64,000 nucleotides of DNA from Lama guanicoe (Eukaryota). Shown here piece after piece: positions 25,843-38,489 of this stretch. The translations under genes were made by a program, and so were the position numbers. Positions within the stretch are counted from its first letter, which is position 1. Every line of letters starts with the position of its first letter. Location: positions 15,194,029-15,258,028 of the forward strand of contig MU054323.1 of the NCBI GenBank assembly GCA_013239625.1, in the 5' to 3' direction. Below the pieces are notes generated by a model. That model was not told where the DNA came from. It ran no database searches and worked only from the letters and a program-made list of their open reading frames with translations.

Positions 25843-26163
25843 TTAGCCAATGGAATGTGAATTTAAGTTATGCATGCCATTCCAGGACTTTCCCATAGAC
25901 ACAAAGCTATTTTCCATGCTATTTCCATTTTTTTCTTGACTGTGAACCAGTAAGCCACCATGTTGAAGATGGTGGAGGCACCAGACAGAAGGAAAAAAGA
26001 AAGGAGCCTGAGTCTCTGAATTGCTGCTTGGAGAGGAGCCTACTGCCACTAGGGAGCACTTCCTTGGACTTAAAATGGGCAGGAAATACATGCATTTACA
26101 CTTACGTTATTGTTCACTTTCAGGTTTGTTGTAATAGCAGCCAGTGTAAACTGAACTAACATA
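25843..26163 (+). mobile_element. MaLR LTR (MLT1J-like)
   Basis: 'tagccaatggaatgtga...tgttgaagatggtggag...aaggagcctgagtctctgaa...tttgttgtaatagcagc...actaacata'. Confidence 0.75.
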
Positions 26164-26269
26164 CGAATGATTATAGCAACTTACAAATGCTGCATCACCA
26201 TATAAAAATCAGCTGTGCCAACATTCAGTATTTTTGTATGCCGAATTCATTATTGAAAAGCAGTGTTTG

Positions 26270-26660
26270 ATTTTCTTTACTCTATTACTGTAACTAAATA
26301 TTTTTATATATTAATTTGCCATTTGTATTTTTTTGTAAATTACCCAATTATTTCTTTGTTAATATTTCTCTGAAGGTGTTTGTCTTCCCTTATAAGTTCT
26401 TCACATTGTAAGGACATAGCATTTTATCTGTCATAGAGATTACAAATTATTTTTCACGATTTTTTATTTTCTCATAATTTTTATTTTTATTTTTTGGTGC
26501 TTAGACATTTAATAATTGTATATAGACAATTCCTTTATAGTTTTCTTTTATAATATTCCTTTATTGTTCCTACCTTTGCTGTCATTTCCTAAAAGTCCTT
26601 CCTGACTCAGGAATTATATTCTAGTAGTTTCATAAAATTTTTAAAACATTTAAATGCTCA
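26270..26660 (-). mobile_element. Old L1 (L1ME-like) fragment
   Basis: T-rich antisense ORF2 pattern 'ttgccatttgtattt...ttctttgttaat...caaattattttt'. Confidence 0.5.
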
Positions 26661-27789
26661 CTCACAGTATTGCTTAGATCTACAACTCTGAATGGCTAGC
26701 CAGATCCCTACACTGTCCTGGGCAATCACATGGTGCCGCTCACAGCAGTCCTCTCTCAGTCCTTGTGTCCCAACCCCTGTGCTCCTGGACCTGGAGCTGA
26801 AATCTCTGGGGTTAAAGAACTCTTCTGATCATGGTCCAGTGCAATTAGAGATCTTAGCATCTAAGGAAGTATTCTTCATTTACTGTCCTCCAACCCTGCC
26901 TACACTTACCCACCCACTTGTGTTTGGGGCTGAGGTGGAAAGGGAGGGAGGTCCTCGGCCCGCAGAGTGGGCTGATCTTTTCTCATGTCCTGCTTCTCCC
27001 CATCTGTTGCTGCAGTTGGGTTTGCTCACTGTTTTCGACGCACATGTCGAAGCTTACAAGCACAGGCAGCCGTGTTCCCTGACTTGACATCTCATCCCTC
27101 ATTCTTCCTCAGATCTCATCAACCTGCCCAGTCTGCTCCACCAACAGCTGATAGCAGGATGACTGTGGGGAAGGCAGTGACAGCAATAGCTGTTCGGCAT
27201 TTATTTTACCTTTGGTTTTTGCTGCACAGGAAATTCCAGGACTGATGAGGTCTGAGGTGCAGAGGAGACGTAGAGGAGCACTGGGTTTGGGGAAGGTGAG
27301 ATACTCAGAAATCTGCACTTTCTCCTCCTCCAATACAGTGATATTTGGGACAAGGGGGGGTCTCTGGCAATGATTTAATGCCTCCTTTGTTTGCATGTTT
27401 GTCCATTAAACTAGCAGTGCTGACAGATACGTGGAGAGTAGCATGTTGTCACTTAGGCTCAGAGACTATATATTCCTGTTTCCTGCATATCATTCATAAG
27501 ACTTTTGTAAATTCAGAGGCAAAACACGGAATCAGGTTCCTATCATCTGCATTCTTGCTTCAATTGTTCTCATTACCAAAATGACTTCCCACAGCACCTG
27601 CTTCCACAGCTCAGTGCTGTGCAAGGAGAACCAGGTGGGAAGAGATGCTGCCCTGCCCTCCAGGAGTTTTTGATCCAAGACCAACTGCCCAGGGAGAGAC
27701 AAACCTTATTTCTGTATCCTTTTCTTCTCTGTTACCTGCCATACAGCTTGTCCTCATGGATGGGGTACACAGACTTTATCCTCAGACCC

Positions 27790-27965
27790 ACATCCCAGTC
27801 CTGTCTTGGTTATTTACTACCTATGTGACCTTGCAACTCATTTAACTCTTCTGAGTCTCTACTTCCTCATTTATAAAATGGGTACAGCAGCGAAGCCTAT
27901 GTTACAGGGTTGTTGCAAGATTAGACTTAGTGTTTATAAACTAAGCCTACAGTGAGTATTCAATT
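27790..27965 (+). mobile_element. MIR SINE
   Basis: 'tatgtgaccttgcaactcatttaactcttctgagtctctacttcctcatttataaaatggg...cagggttgttgcaagatta'. Confidence 0.85.
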
Positions 27966-30900
27966 ACTGGGAGTTGTTGGCATTTTGGAAAGTGAATCTA
28001 ATGATATATGTGTGGACATCACATTCCTTGTGTAGGGTTTGAATCGGTGCCCTGGATGAGCACGAAGGAGCTAAGTTTTGGAAACCTATCACTTCCGATT
28101 AATAGTCCTCTCATCCACTGCCCGGTCTGTATTCCTTCTCCATTGAATCAAGTTACGAAGCTAGCATAAAATGCTTATTAAGTTACCCACATAGATATTA
28201 TCTGTGGGATCGAGTCATAATACACATTATCAGGATAGGTTAGCCTGAACATAACATCTCAACCAAATTCTGCTTCTGGGTGACTTAAGCTACTGGACTT
28301 CTGATGAATTCCACTTAACCAAAGTTAGCCATGGTTGCAATTACTGTGCTGGTATAGCTTGTGGAGAGGGTTCCCTACGGACACATTTTTCTATTAAAAA
28401 TGATGACTCTAAATATCATGTCCTTCGCTGCATTTATGTATGTAATAATTTAAATTGCTAATTTGTTCATGTAGGATTATCCACTCTAACTAAATTGAAG
28501 AACACTGTTACAGATTAAATGGTAATGATGTATGATCCTTTTGCATAGTCAGTTAGTACTGGCTATACTTATGCTGGATGCCGCTCAAATAGAATGACTG
28601 ATGGGTGAGGTGGGTTTTTTTTTTCACATCGACTTGTCACCAGTCTTGTAACTCCATGGGCCAATTTTCCATCAGTCTCATCAGATACACGCTCCTTCGA
28701 TTTTCTTCTGAGCAGGAAACTGAACCTTCTGGTGTTGTTCTCATGTTCCTGCCCTCAGCCAGCTATCTCACAGTTCCTTAAAGCACGTGCATAGAATTTG
28801 TACTCCTCCACATCCTTCCACTGAAACTCCATAATACTGACCTCATTTCCAGTTTCCTCCTTCATCCCTCCATATATGAAGAAAAATGCCAACTGCCTAA
28901 TGATGTGAGGGAAAAGTGGGGATAATTATTTGGAATGTTAAGCATTTTGCTTAAGAGTTTGAAGGTCCAGTATATTTTGAAAGGATAGGGCCATTTTTGG
29001 AAGAAGAGAGGGAAGATGGAATTCACAGTCTTGGCGTCCTCTCACATTCCAGAAGCTGGAGCATGTATGCGTAGGGGGATTTCTTGCATCAATCATATTC
29101 TGCCTCCTTTGTTGTTTGCCAATTAATGTATGAATTCCCGCAACACGATTATAAGTAAGTTGGAGTCAAAGAATCTTTTTTAGAAATGTATTTGCCTCAG
29201 GATGCTTAGCATAGTGTAGGGAAATTGTAAGTACTCAGTGGATTCTTGCTGAATGGACTTGAGAGAGACTTTCTGCTTCTCACTGCCTCCCTAATGTCAA
29301 GTTGCCCAAAGTTAGTTCATGGGAACTTGTTCATATGTCTGCTCCATGGAAATTAAGGCAAATGCTTACAAGAAGAAGGGTCAATGAGGTACAAACAGAG
29401 TCAAATTGGGATACACGGACCATGCCCTTTTTGGATACCTCATGGCTCCAAATACTTTTCATAATAGAAGCACACTAACTTTTCCACTAAATGACGATGT
29501 GAAATCTGCTCCAAAATATATGAACTGCTTAAAAATAATGGCTCATAGAAGTTAAATGGAAAACAAGAAAAATTCCTGAGACAATGCTGATGATGTCTGT
29601 TGCGTGGTAGCATGGGGCCCATCGGGAGCTATTTCGAGAATGGACACCTCCCTAACTAGAGCTAGGCTGGCAGATAAGCAGAACCGGCAGTCACCCAGGT
29701 GCGAGCCCAGGAAACAGACTTTGATACTGAGATTTGAGACTATTTGCTGCAGCCTTAGTACTGTTAATTTATCGCTTGGTGGCTAAGGAGTGCTGGTAAG
29801 GGGCTGTAGGAAAAGAGGTAGACAATGTATTTTATAATGAATGCACTATCTATTACTAAATACATTAGATCACTACTCACTGAGACGCATTCTCCTCTTT
29901 GTGCCAGGATAGTCTTGGAAGTTGGAATGTCTCTTGTTCAGGTGATTTATTTATTTTGTCCTTCTGAAGCTTCTCTGAGGTGATCTGGGATAAGCCTGGT
30001 GACCTGATAGAATTTGTTTGAAGCCGTTGCCTTAGTCACGGACTAAACGAGGCCTGTGCTGATTTGGTGCCTGTTTTGGTGAACTTGGTGGGAGATGGCA
30101 ACATCACAGACATGTGGTCCTGGGTCCCACCTCTCCTGATGCTTTGTACATGATTGAAGCTTGTTTTCCTGACACTGTTTACCACTACCCAACTGCAGTA
30201 GACCTCGCAGGGATGTACTGATGAAAGGCAAGGCAGACAAATTCTGCCCTTTTATGAAAAAGAAGGTGGTTATGGAGATTTGTGTGCAAAGCTGAATTGT
30301 GGCATGTTTATAACTAAAAATACATGCTGGCAATGCCATCTCCAGAGTGGGAAAGTTTTATTTTGTAATTTCCATAACTCAAAAGACTTGGTGGTTTAAA
30401 AAAAAGACTTGGTGGTTTTTTCCTCTAAGTTTTCATTTATTGGTGTTCTACATCTGCTTGTAAAATAGTGACTGACCCTCTGGGAAGTATTATTTTGATG
30501 CCAAAAGACAGGTAAAGCCCAGAATTCATAATTTTCTGACTAAAATCTTAAAAACCCTATATTGATAGTAACCTGATGAAGGACCAATGTACTGAGGTAA
30601 CCAAGAGCTTTGTGACTTCATAAATGGGGGATATAAATGATGGTTTAGGAACCCTGTAATTTCAGGCCCTCTTTGGGGTCCCTTTAGTTTGCTGGTACAT
30701 CTAGGTGGTACATTTCAGGCATCTGACAAAACTTGACTCTTTAGCTTAAATATTATCTCAATATACACTTTTTAAAAATTGTGTACTCCTGACTTTGGAA
30801 TTTGATTATAAGTTCCAAGTTTTGATTATAAAATATCATTCACTAAAAAGGATAACATTTTAAAAATTATTCAATTTAAATCATCATCCTTCACATTTTA

Positions 30901-33900
30901 TGAATTTTTATAAAAATTAAACTGTTTAACAAAAAATCTACCTAAAAAACCTCTTTAGATCACTGATCTCTTATACTATTTATTTTGTTGAGATTATTTC
31001 CCACTATTTCTTATTAAAATTTAGAGTGCCAGATTCCATCAGACCTTCACCATTTCAAGTAAGCCTCCACCACACAGTAACAATGGACTGATTCATAAAT
31101 GTTAAACAGTAGATTCATACATGAAAATGTAAGCCCTTATTTCTAAAGTTAAACAATATTAATACATTTAGCCTGAAGAGATTCATATTTCTGCAAGGAC
31201 TCCATGCATAATAGGTGTTAACCCGGTCACAAGTGTATGGCTGGAAAGGCCCCCACCAGAGGCAGCCATGGCGGATCTTTGAGACCCTCAGGTACCCCTC
31301 TGTGCGTGGTTTGATTTTCCAGTTTTACCTTCTTCTCTCTGAGGCTGGACTTGGAGTTCTCGCTTAATTCCTTGGCTTCACTCCTGTACTTCTTAGGCTT
31401 GATGACCTGGGTCAGACTTTCAGGATTCAGCACCAGCTAGCCCTCGGGTCCTGGAGGCCACATTTCCCAAGTCAGCAGGTGGCTGGGTCTGAATTCTGTT
31501 TTGCCACTGCTTGACTTGACTAGGCTTGGAGTTCATTGTGCTCTGTGTCCTAGTTTCACTAAACTCCATGAGAGCAGGGTCTGACTCCTTGACAGTAGCA
31601 GTCTAACAATTTTAGAAACAAGCTATGGAAAGCAGAGGAGGGAGGTTCCAAAGGAGTCTTAGAGTGAAAATTTTGGTACTGTCGTAACACCTACACATTT
31701 TCTTGGTCTTTAGTTTAAATTTTTGTTACTGGGTTTACTTAAAGTGAGCTGCAGCTTCTTTCCTAATTTTCCTCTAGGCTTTAATTTACAGAATGGAGTG
31801 ACATTCTTGCTCTTTACATTTTGGGGAAAGATGGAATAGAGTGATTGAATTATGAAAAAGAATAACAATCATTGTGAGGTAACCCAGTGATTTAAAGATT
31901 TGTGGCTTTGATTGGAGCCTATTTTGAAAGAGGATGGCTCACTAAGTGTAGGCAAATCGAATCAGTGGACATTTTATTAATTTGTCTCATTAAAAAAAGA
32001 GTCAATCAGTATCATACCTCAAGGAATAGTCACATAAAATCAGATTCAAATATGACTAATTAAAAGGAATTTCCAAGAGTAACTCAGCATGATGCCAAAT
32101 TAAAGAGCAGCTGCACCTGAGGAGCTAGGAACACTAAGGGAATTCAGGAGGAAGCTGTGCTTGGCACCAGCAAGCGCCTTAGGGAGTGAGACTCAAGAGA
32201 TTAGAGTCAAGAAAAGTTGAATGAATTTTACTATTCTCAAAGGACAATGCTCAAAGAAGACAGAGTCAAACAGCAAGACGAGTCAGAAAAAGGTGTGTTA
32301 AGAGTGTTCTGAGGATCTGGGTCCCACTTGCGTTGATGACCTAGTGGGAGCTACGTAAGGTAGCACAGGGGACAGAAGGACCTGGAAGCCACAGAGGGCC
32401 AGGGAACTGAGAGAGAGGTGAAATTGTAGCCAAGAAAGGAATCCAGCTTGAAAGCTGAGAGAAACTGGATTAAGTAATAAACCAGCAGGACTGGCAGAAG
32501 ATACAAATGTATCTTGGACATCAGTGTTGGTATGTTGAAAAATGTAGGCTGAGGTTTGGGTGAGCTCTGAGGTGAATCTTGAAGGACTCATACAGAATAG
32601 ACACTGAGCATGAACTCTGTGAGTGACTTTACTAGTTCTCTTCACACGTGTTTTGAGCATCCACTGTTTAACCCACACTAGAGTTGGCATTCTGGGAAAA
32701 TACAGAAGTGAGTGAAACATATCTCTTGTCCCTGTACGACTTTGTGTGGTCAAGGCTTGGTATGGCTGGTACCTCACAGGCACTTACATATTTTTTGACT
32801 GTCTTCTTTTGTGTCTTGGCACAGTGGGGTGCTGGAATCAGCTCACATGGGCACAAGAGCTGTTTGTTGGCATCTCTTCCCAACTCTGTGTTCAGTGACA
32901 TCATGCTGGAAGCTTAAATTTGACCGTGGTGGAAGTATTTTCATCACAGGGCGGAATTTTGGAATTAGTGTTTATGTGGTGGATGTGAATGGCTTTGTTA
33001 TTTTTCCTATGAAAAACGGAAGCACTGTGTTTCTTCCTATTCTTATAGAGGGTTCCATTCATAAGTTTATGCAAAGTGGGTCTTGGCCCCACCACCTCTC
33101 AGGTTAAACACTCGGGGTCATTTTATATCTGTGATTTCAGATACACTAATTTGCTAACATTGAGATTAGAGTAGAAATAACCTCAGTGCTCTGGTAATGC
33201 CAATTACCTCTGAAACAGCGAGACTGAAGATAGATAAGAGTCCCCGGATGACTGATTAAGATACGGTATCCTGAAAATTAAATGTCTGATTTGAGTGCAG
33301 ATGTAGCACAAAGATTTGTTATCTGAGTTGACTCAGATTGAATGCTAAAATTGGGGAAACTCACTAGGAATAATATAACTGTTATACTCCCCCTGTAGGA
33401 ATGAAAAAGAAAGAATTTTATACTTCTGGGGCATGTTAAAGTCAGAAAAAATTGGGATTGAAATCTTTTATGTTGAGCTTTTAAGTCATAAAACTTACTA
33501 ATAAGACAGCGGAAGTCAAATAGCAGAACTAAGGATGAAATTAAAATTTCTATGATGAGACACCCTTAGTCTAATGTTACCATTTAATTTGTGCTTTTCA
33601 AATAGCGTTATATATAACTCAGTTTTTTTATAAGAGAGTAGCAGAACTTTCTGTGGTAGGCTCATTTCATTTTGGCCAATGCTTCTGTCTCCAGGTGCTA
33701 TCTAGAATTTTTGGATAATGACCTATTTTTAAGGCATAAAGTTGGAAAAGATTTCAAGAGATTAGAAAATGATTGATTTAACGAAATTGGTATCAGACTT
33801 GGCAGCGTGCTTTAAAGATCCAGGTTCTATTTTAATTAATGAAATATCAACATGTGGATAATGTTGAGGAATGGACTAAAGAATCAAGAAAGGCATATTT

Positions 33901-34019
33901 GAATTGTCACTTGTTTAAGCTATATCCTAGATGCTAGAATGGAGGAAATGTCTGTCTTCCCAGGAGGTTATGAAACTATCATGCATTTATTTATTTTTTT
34001 AATTAATAGTAAATAAAAT

Positions 34020-34263
34020 ATCATTTATTTATTTATATCAATAGTTGGTTTATGATGTTTATATTAGTTTTGGGTGTAAAACGTAGTGATTCAGAATTTT
34101 TATAGATTATACTCCATTTAAAATTATTATAAAATATTGGCTATATTCCCTATGCTGTGCAATGTATCCTTGTAGCTTATTTTTTACACCGGAGTTTGTT
34201 CCTCTGAGTCCGTCTCCCTGCTGATAACCACTAGTTTGCTCTCTATATCTGTGAGTCTGTTTT
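34020..34263 (-). mobile_element. L1 3'UTR fragment (older subfamily)
   Basis: 'tatattagttttgggtgta...gtgattca...ggctatattccctatgctgt...taaccactagtttgctctctatatctgtgagtctgttt'. Confidence 0.8.
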
Positions 34264-34604
34264 AGAGGATGGTTTGCTCTTGTTCATGACCTTGGGGTCC
34301 AGTCTATCACCTTTAGATCACAGGTTCACTTAACTTCTAGCTCCAGGTAGCTTTCAACCACAGGTTTTTTCAGGTTCCTTGCACAGTTGTTAGACCCTCG
34401 TTCCAGTCTCAGCTTTGAGCACTGAGACTGCTTTGGCCTGCCACTCGTGGGGCACTTCTTGTCCTTTTATTCACTGGACTCTAAGACAACAGGCTACTTC
34501 TGCTAATTTCTGCTCCTGGATGTCCAAAGAACCAGAGAGTCTTTCGTATATTATCTTTTATGTAATATATAAAGATTTATATGTTACATGAAATCATTGT
34601 AGGT

Positions 34605-34672
34605 ATATACATATATGTGTGTGTATAATATATATATGAATATATACATACATGAATTCACATATATTATAT
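34605..34672. repeat. Degenerate (TA)n/(TG)n microsatellite
   Basis: Read directly. Confidence 0.8.
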
Positions 34673-35400
34673 GAATCTCTAGCACTTAGCTTCTAGCAGG
34701 ATGCATGGCATCAAGTAGCCACATGTTAAATACTTATAAGATTAAAGTTGATTGCCAATGTTATGACCTTGGTTACTAATTATTCATAGTAAAAATTTTA
34801 AGCTACTGAATTGTTTTTCCAAAGAGTTTTTCTTTGTTAAGCACTGTAATTCTGTTTTTAGTTAAAATTATGCTGAAGCAAATTTACTTTTATGTTGGCA
34901 ATCCAGACTCCATTCTTTGGCTTCAGATGAATCAAAAGGATTGTCTAGATTTTCAAAATCTTAAACAGGCTCTGAAAGAATCAACAAAGATACTAAATAA
35001 AACACTTACAGGATAAAATTTCCTTTCGGGAAAACATAAAACAATTTTTTAGGAAGTCATTTGATAAATTTACACTCATGTGTTCATAGCTGGTAATCAG
35101 ACTTGTGGAAACCTTCTGGAAACCTCAAAAATATGATAAACAACGTAATATTTATCTGAAACATGAAGGAGCTGGTGTCAGAAAAAGAAAATGATACTTG
35201 TGAAGCCATAAACTTTGCACATAGAGTTGTTCTTAATGATCTAATATTAATTTAAAATAAATTTAATTATTAAGTATATGGACCATTATTTAATAAATTT
35301 TAGAAAAAAATAGATTAAAAGAATTGAGAAAAGGAAAGTGGTGGGGGATAGGGAAGTTCCTAATACCTTTTGATTCTCAAAAGTAATTTATGGTGCATAC

Positions 35401-36020
35401 TTTTTTTTTCTTTTTCATGTCCTTTTTCACTATGGGTTACTACAAGATACTGAGTATAGTTCCCTGTACTATACAGTAGGACCTTGTTGCTTATCTATTT
35501 TGTGTATAGTAGCTAGTATCTGCAAATCCTAAATTCTCAATTTATGCCTCCCTTTCCCCCCAGTAACCATTAGTTTATTTTCTATGTCTGTGAGTCTGTT
35601 TCTATTTTGTAAATAAGTTCATTTGTGTCATTTTTTTAGATTCTACATAGAAGTGATATCACATGGTATTTGTCTTTTTCTGGCTTACATCATTTAATAT
35701 GATAATCTGCAGGTCCATCCACGCTACTGCAGATGGCATTATGGCATTATTTCATTCTTTTTTATGGCTGAGATATATATTTATATTTATATTATTTATA
35801 TTTATATTTATATATATCTCCAACAACTTCTTTATCCAGTCCTCTGTTGGTGGACAATCAGGTTGCTTCCATGTCTTGGCTACTGTAAATAATGCTGCTG
35901 TGAACATTGGGGTGCATGTGTCTTGCTGAATTGGAATTTTCTCTGGATATATGCCCAGGAATGGGATTGCTGGATCATATGGTAAGTCTATTTTTAGTTT
36001 TTTAAGGAGTCTCCATACTG
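35401..36020 (-). mobile_element. 5'-truncated L1 (ORF2 end, 3'UTR, T-rich tail) with internal (TATATT)n expansion
   Basis: 'ttgcttccatgtcttggctactgtaaataatgctgctgtgaacattggggtgcatg...tggatatatgcccaggaatgggattgctggatcatatggtaag'. Confidence 0.93.
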
Positions 36021-36188
36021 TGTGTCTACTTTCATGTTAAATGAGTGAATCTATGAAAATAACGTGTTCATCACTGACACAGCCAGAAAAAGAGCAAGTG
36101 CTTCCATTACGGTCAAGTGCAGGGTAGTCATTAGAGACTCCATGCACTAAGTCGTAGAACATCAGTGCGTTAAAGCCAAGTATGTCCC

Positions 36189-37016
36189 TGTATTAGTTTC
36201 CTGAGCCTGCCATAACAATTAAACACAAATTTAAACAGAAATCTGTTTCCCCACAGTTCTGGTGGCCAGCAGTTGGCAGGGCCGAACTCCCTCTAGAGCC
36301 TCTTCTGTTCCTTGGCTCTTTCAGGTTCTGGCGGCTGTTGGCATTCCTTGGCTAGTGGTTGCAGCATTTCACATCACCTTCTTCTTCTCTAAACTCCATC
36401 TGCCTCTCTCTTGTAAGGATACTTGTGATGGCATTTGGTGTGTACGCACATAATCCAGGATAAGCTCCTTTCTTCAAGATTCTTAACTTAATCATATCTT
36501 TGGCCATATAAGGTATATTCATTCTTTTGTCATGTAAGGTACTATGCACAGATTCTAGAGGTTTGAGCATTGTATTGATTTGCTAGGGCTGCTAAACAGA
36601 CAACCACATATTAGGTACCTTAAACCTCAGAAGTTCATTGTCTCACAGTCCTGGAGGCTAACAGCCTAAGATCAAGGTGTCGGCAGATTTGATATCTCCT
36701 GAGGCCTCCCTCTTTGGTTTGCAGACCACCCTCTTCTCATCATGTCCTTGTGTGTTCTTTCCTCTCTGCACTGTGTCCCTGTGCCCCATTTGTGTGTCCA
36801 AATTTCCTTTTCTTATAAGGACTCTAGTCATATTGGCTCAGCCTAAAGGACCCGCTTTAACTTAATTTCCTCCTGAAAGACCTTATCTCCACAGGCAGTC
36901 ACATCCTGACATACTGGGAGTTAGGACTTCAACATACAAATTAGAGGCGGCGGGCACAGTGCAGCCCAGACCAGACGTGAACAAATCTTTTGGGGCCACC
37001 ATTCAGCCCACTACCA
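36189..37016 (-). mobile_element. MaLR LTR (MLT1C-like), split by a second MaLR LTR
   Basis: Begins tgtattagtttcctg. Resumes at about 36974 with 'atcttttggggccaccattcagcccactacca', the MLT1C-like terminus. Confidence 0.8.
36571..36973 (-). mobile_element. MaLR LTR (MLT1A/B-like), nested
   Basis: 'tgtattgatttgctagggctgc...tctcacagtcctggaggct...gatcaaggtgtcggcag...aagaccttatctcca...gttaggacttcaacata'. Confidence 0.85.
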
Positions 37017-37947
37017 ATGTGTAACTTCCAATTAAAATCATAAGAAAAAAATGTTAGATAGAATCTACTGCGCTCTATTCACCAGTGCAGGCAAGTGTAA
37101 TACATCTACATGGTAGTCTCATCAGTATGGCTGAAATTTCAAAGAAAAAGAGCTCTATCAGGAGCTTCTGACAATTAACTAGAAAAATCACTCACATGGA
37201 ATAGTCATTTCTCAGTGAGGCAAGATTAAATGTTAGCATGCTGCAAAATCTCATGCTGGTATTTATTTGGGAATATAAAAAACTTTCCCTTTCATTTATG
37301 GATTTATAGATACACTTGTGAAGATTACAACAGAAAAGAATTCTCCCTTGGTTAAAAGAAAGCATGTAATTTAAGTGGAGGCATAATTTATACTTTACGC
37401 TGCAATTGCCTGACTTTAATGAGAAAATAAAGTAAATTCCTATCTACTTTCCTGGGAATCATTCCAGCTCTCAGTAATCTGCTGCAGTGGGATGCCAGGA
37501 AGTGGCTGTTCATAGAGAGATGGCCCCGACGTCCACATCTATAAGCACAAATAGGCTGCTTTCTTAATAGCATTATCTTTGATTACAAAGAAAGTGAACT
37601 AATTTTAATATGTATATATATATATATTTACAGAGATATATCATGCACATACCATGTACATGCTGCCAGGACACCTAAGAACATGAAAATTACAAATATA
37701 AAACATCATACCAATTTCATAGAAAGTCCCTTGCCTTTGCACTTTGCTTCCTTCATATTTATTTATTCTTGCTCCAGACCTCAGACTCTTCTGCATTGCC
37801 CGTATGCAGTGGTTCCGCTATCCCTTTCATTTCTCATCTCCATGGTTATTCTGTTTACCTTCAGAATTATGAGCACAGGCTTGGGCTTCAAGTATAGAAC
37901 AAACTCATTCAGTGTCAAGTGTTTCAGAATTCATGATAATTTGAACA

Positions 37948-38382
37948 TGTACTGGGTTGAATAATGTCTCCCTCCCACACACACACAAATGTCTACCTGG
38001 AGCCTCAGACTATAACCTTCTTTGGAAATAAAGTCTTTGCAGATGTAATTGGTTAAATCAAGATGCTGGATTAGGGTGAGTTCAATGACTGGGGTTTTCG
38101 TAAGAATCAATAGAGACACAGACAGGAGAGAAGGCCATGTGAAGACGGAGACAGAGAACTGAGTGATTGATCTGCAGGTCAAGGAATGTTAAGGATTAAT
38201 AGCAACCACAAGAGTCAGAAGATTCAAGGAAGCAGTCTCCCCTAGAGGCTTTGGAGAGAGGATGGTCCTGCTGATGCTTTGATTTCAGACTTCTGGCCTC
38301 TAGAACTGTGAGACGATAAATTTCTGTTTTAAGCCACTCAGTTTGTGGTAGTTTCATATGGGCCACCTAGGAAACAAATACA
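37948..38382 (+). mobile_element. Complete MaLR solo LTR (MLT1C-like) with 5-bp TSD
   Basis: TG...CA termini and 'gatttcagacttctggcctctagaactgtgagacgataaatttctgttttaagcc'. TSD GAACA at 37943-37947 and 38383-38387. Confidence 0.92.
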
Positions 38383-38489
38383 GAACATGAGCGTGATAAT
38401 TTGAACCTATGAAGAAAGTGTACTCCAGACAAAAGTTACTAGAGATGAGCCTAGACAAAATATAATTAGTGTTATCCCAGAGCAGAGGC

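Noticed and set aside
27225..27312. Hammerhead ribozyme core (CTGATGAG near GAAA)
   Set aside because: There is no stem II closed by GAAA and no stem I/III. The other CTGATGA sites I checked on both strands also fail.
31227..31433. Lys/Glu-rich 68-aa ORF on the minus strand (and coil-like ORF 34834-35016)
   Set aside because: The composition reflects local purine skew. There is no convincing splice-site pair or known protein match.
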